DNA of 64,000 nucleotides from Plasmodiophora brassicae (Eukaryota): NCBI GenBank assembly GCA_036867785.1, contig CP145426.1, positions 310,001 to 374,000 of the forward strand, read 5' to 3'. Shown piece by piece: positions 60,310 to 64,000 of this stretch (position 1 is its first letter; each line of letters starts with the position of its first letter). The notes under the pieces were generated by a model. It saw only the letters and a program-made list of their open reading frames with translations, ran no database searches and was not told where the DNA came from. The position numbers and the translations under genes were made by a program.

Positions 60310-62888
60310 ATGCTGGCTGTTGGCGCATTGCTCCTGGCCGTTCCACTGGCCAGTGCCTTCCGCAATCTGTCCGAATGCCCATCCTGCGATGGGACCAGCA
60401 GCTACGGCAACGTCATCCTCGAGGTCCACCCCGACGGTTCGTGTCGAGCCTCTCCGCGTTGTCTGTGAAGCTGACCACATACCCCATATATAGGAGACAT
60501 AGAGGCGCTTCCCATGCCATCGTACAATGGGTCGTGGATCGGGTCGCCCGTCGAATCAGTAACGAGTGTTGCAGGAACTCGGACGACCAGTACGCCCTGA
60601 TCATGCAGAAGCTGAACGCGCACGATCCGACGATGGCGGTTATGTACCTGGACGTGATCTGGAGCGGGGACATGGCCCACCTGCTAGCGGACATGGGCAC
60701 ACTTGTCACGGCGGACGCGCTGGCCGCTCCCGTCATGATGGAGCAACAGTACGCGACGGTTAACGGGGTTCGTGTCGCCGCACCCTACTACGTCGACACC
60801 GGCTTCCTCTACTACCGGAAGGATCTGCTCACGAAATACGGGTACGCGTCGCCGCCGTCGACCTGGGGCGAACTGGAGCAGATGGCGGCCGTGATCCAGG
60901 CCGGGGAGCGCAAGAAGAACCCCAACTTCTGGGGGTACGTCTGGCAGGGCAACGCCTACGAAGGCCTGACCTGCGACGTTCTGGAAGTGTTCGTCTCGCA
61001 CGGCGCCGGTAGCATCGTCGAGCTGGATCGGACGGTATCGGTGAACAACCCGCTGGGCGTCGCTGCGCTGGCGCGCATGGTGAACTGGGTCGGGACGATA
61101 TCGCCGCCCAGCGTCACGAACATGGACGAATCCGGGTCGCTGAACACGTTCGCGGCGGGCAACGCCGCGTTCCTTCGTAGCTGGCCGTACGTGCTCACGT
61201 CGATCTGGGGCACGTTCGTCCAGAACATCACCGGGATCGCGCTCCTGCCGAGTAACGGCGGGTCGACGTCGCGTCATGGGACGCTGGGCGGCTGGATGGT
61301 GGGCGTCAACAAATTCGCGACGATGCAGACGATGGCCGGCCAGCTGGTGTCCGAGCTGACGAGCGAGCAGCACCAACGGATGGAGTTCCGCACGAACAAC
61401 AAGATGCCGGTCAACAAGGACATCTTCATGGGGGCGGGCCTGTGTGCACCCTACAACCCCAACATAACGCAGATCTGCGATGTGGGGGCGGTTCCCCAAG
61501 ACTACATCGTGCCTAGGTGGTCCACTGTGGCCGCCCCGTACTACACGGCGACGTCTGCCATGGTGTACAACGCCGTCAACAGCGCTCTGCTGCGCCTGAT
61601 CACGCCGGGCGACGCGCTGACCAAGCTGGAGTGCCAGCTGACCCTTCAGCTGCACGGGCGGGATGCGCTCCCGATGCACTGTTTAACGGAGATCGCCGTC
61701 CAGAGCTGGGCGTCGACAACGATCACTGCCCTGACCGTCGTCGCCTTGTGCATTGTCGTGGTGGCCGCCGGATTCATCAGCGCCTTCAGGAACCACGCCG
61801 TTATGAAGGCGGCGTCGCCCATCTTCTGCCTGAACATCTGCGTCGGAGGCATGATTCTCCTGATTTCAAACATCACAGCGGGCCTGCACCCGGCCACATA
61901 TCCGGGTTCGTGCTGGGCCACTGTATGGCTGACCTGCATCGGGTACGCTGATCGCATCCACAACGTGTTACGCGAGGGTACTGACGCGAGGCGACAACAG
62001 GTTCATGGTCATGATGGGCGCTCTGTTCGTCAAGCACTGGCGCGTCGCTCAGATCTTCAACTTATCGACATCCGGCCAGCGTGGCATGGCCGTCGTCAAG
62101 ATCACCAATACCGATGTCGGCAAGCGCGTCGCCCTGCTCGTCGCCCTCGACGTCGTCGTCCTTGGCATTTGGATGGGTCCGTTCGCCATGCTCTGCGACC
62201 GACCAGCGCGTAACGCTGCGCTTGAATGCTACAGGTGCCCAGGGGACAACTCCTTCGTACACGCGCGTTATGCAGGAGTCGTCGTGCCCCTGCCAGAACG
62301 CTGATTTGCACCAGTTCGTGACCGCGTGCAGGTTGGACGCCGGCGGCCTGTGGACCGTTGTCGTCCTGCATGGCATCCTGATCGTCTGGGGCACCGCCAT
62401 CGCGATTCGCACACGCAACATCCCCATGCTCCTCTTCAATGAATCGGTATCGCCTGCGTCGTTGTCCCGCGAGACCACGGCCGACGTCCCCGTTGTGTGT
62501 TGTCACAGAAATTCATGGGGCTGACGACGTACAACATCGCGCTGATCATGGTCCTGACACTGCCCGTCATGCTGCTGGCCGGTTCGAACCCGTCCATGGG
62601 GCTCCTGGTTCGGGGCGTGGCCGCCGTCCTCGTCGTCACCTTGACCATCGTCGTCCTGTTCGGCTACAAGTTCTTCCTTGTCTTAACGATGACTTCCGAG
62701 GAGGTCGACACTCTTAAGGTGAGAACGTCCTGCTGCTGGCTCGACGTGCGTCTTCGATGACGCGCGTGGCACAGCAACAAACGGTCGTCGCGGCGGGGTC
62801 CTCAGGCAAAGGCGTTGTGACGGCGTCGTCGAAAGACCGAGCGACCGCTCGTTCTACGCCGAGCCAACCCGTTGCTGGCAACCTTTGA
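60310..62888 (+). CDS. Class C GPCR with N-terminal sugar solute-binding protein domain, copy B
   Basis: Paralog of 52289-54900: signal peptide MLAVGALLLAVPLASA, WQGNAYEGLTCD, RSWPY, TLGGW, same 7TM and introns. Confidence 0.88.
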
Positions 62889-63520
62889 CCCTCGTGATCG
62901 TACTGTCGACCTCATCCACTACATCATCAATAAACTGAAGCTGCCCGAGATCCCACCCCCAAGGAACGGTTAAACCAGGACGGGGGATCATCGGCAAGCG
63001 CGCTGTACAGTCGAAGCAGCATGCGAGCACCCGTCCTACGCCGACCCGTCCTGTTGTCGACAATCTTTGACCTTTGTCTTTATCCGCCTTTCTTGGCGTA
63101 CCTGTACCTTGAGAGTGGGATGGAGTTGCTGTTACTGGCCTGGAGCTGCTGTCAGAGATCCATCCCGAGACGCGGATCGCCATGTGACGGTCAGCGTCGC
63201 CCTGGATTAGGCATGGACGACGTCAACAATCGGCGGTCGATGGCCAGCGACTCGAGCACGCTCGGGCGCGGACGCCCCCACCGACGCCTATCGCCGAGTG
63301 TCGTCAGGCACAAGAGCGCCAACCGCACCGTGATCCCATGGCGACTTGACAGGTCGTCCGTCCGCTCCGACCGACAGGGAGGCGCACGCCCCACAGCTGA
63401 CCCCGTTTGTTATATAGGACGATGGTGCCGACCGCCTCCCAACGTTCAGGGTCCGTTGACAGACGGCCCGACCACCACGAAGGGCCGGCGGCTGCGAATG
63501 GGGACTCATCGCCCGCCTCC

Positions 63521-63864
63521 ATGAACGTCGCCAACGTCATGTGCAAGGTACAGGTGCCCCGGCCTGTCCGCTCCAGGTCATGTTCTGATTGCGACGGCAG
63601 GTACGCGCGGCCGCTGCCCTCGACATTCGTCCGATCGGGACGGAGCCGGCGCCGAAGCTGACCGTGGCCGAGTTCGCCGCCGGCCGAGGCGTGTCGGAAA
63701 CGGCGCTGCAGGACCTGCTGGCGCAGGCCGTCCGGGACGACGCGCGAACCACGCTGGATCCACAGGCGCATGTCGACTACACGATCATCATGCAGAGCTT
63801 CGGCCGGGGCCTGCAGGCCCATGGCGCGCTGCCGATCGCTCTGCTACACGACCAGCTGGAGTGA
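63521..63864 (+). CDS. Small hypothetical protein (2 exons)
   Basis: ATG at 63521; a GT-AG intron joins it to ORF 63589-63864. No recognisable domain. Confidence 0.3.
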
Positions 63865-64000
63865 CGAAACACATCGACAGGAGACAGGGTCGCCAGCCTA
63901 GTAGAGCCTATGAGAGGGGTTTATAACTACATAGCCTACGTGCAGGACGACGATTGTTGCATGTAGCCGGTGGGCGCACCGGACGTGATCGGGATGGAGC

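Overview
Gene-dense, GC-rich eukaryotic DNA with many short (about 50-65 nt) GT-AG introns. Composition, intron size and gene families suggest a phytomyxean protist such as Plasmodiophora brassicae (inference, not confirmed). Housekeeping genes recognised from motifs: Nup205, MRPL46, an STPG/ODF3-type PG-rich repeat protein, GAA1, DNA2, PIG-Q/GPI1, an SLC19-type folate/thiamine carrier, CNOT3, a GST, a USP, a STE20/PAK-type kinase, a DHHC palmitoyltransferase and RABL3. Mobile DNA: (1) a Mutator-like element (about 881-6013) carrying a FAR1/MULE/SWIM transposase and a Ulp1-type protease; (2) a ~1.1 kb inverted duplication next to it; (3) a hAT element (21393-27173, 8-bp TSD, frameshifted transposase) containing a nested two-gene IS630/Tc1 (DD34E) unit bounded by perfect 65-bp inverted repeats. 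The last 12 kb hold two paralogous receptors in which a prokaryote-type trehalose/maltose-binding-like domain is fused to a class C GPCR 7TM, bracketing two tandem SKP1/BTB-ankyrin genes. Exon boundaries were read by eye and are approximate. No database searches were run.
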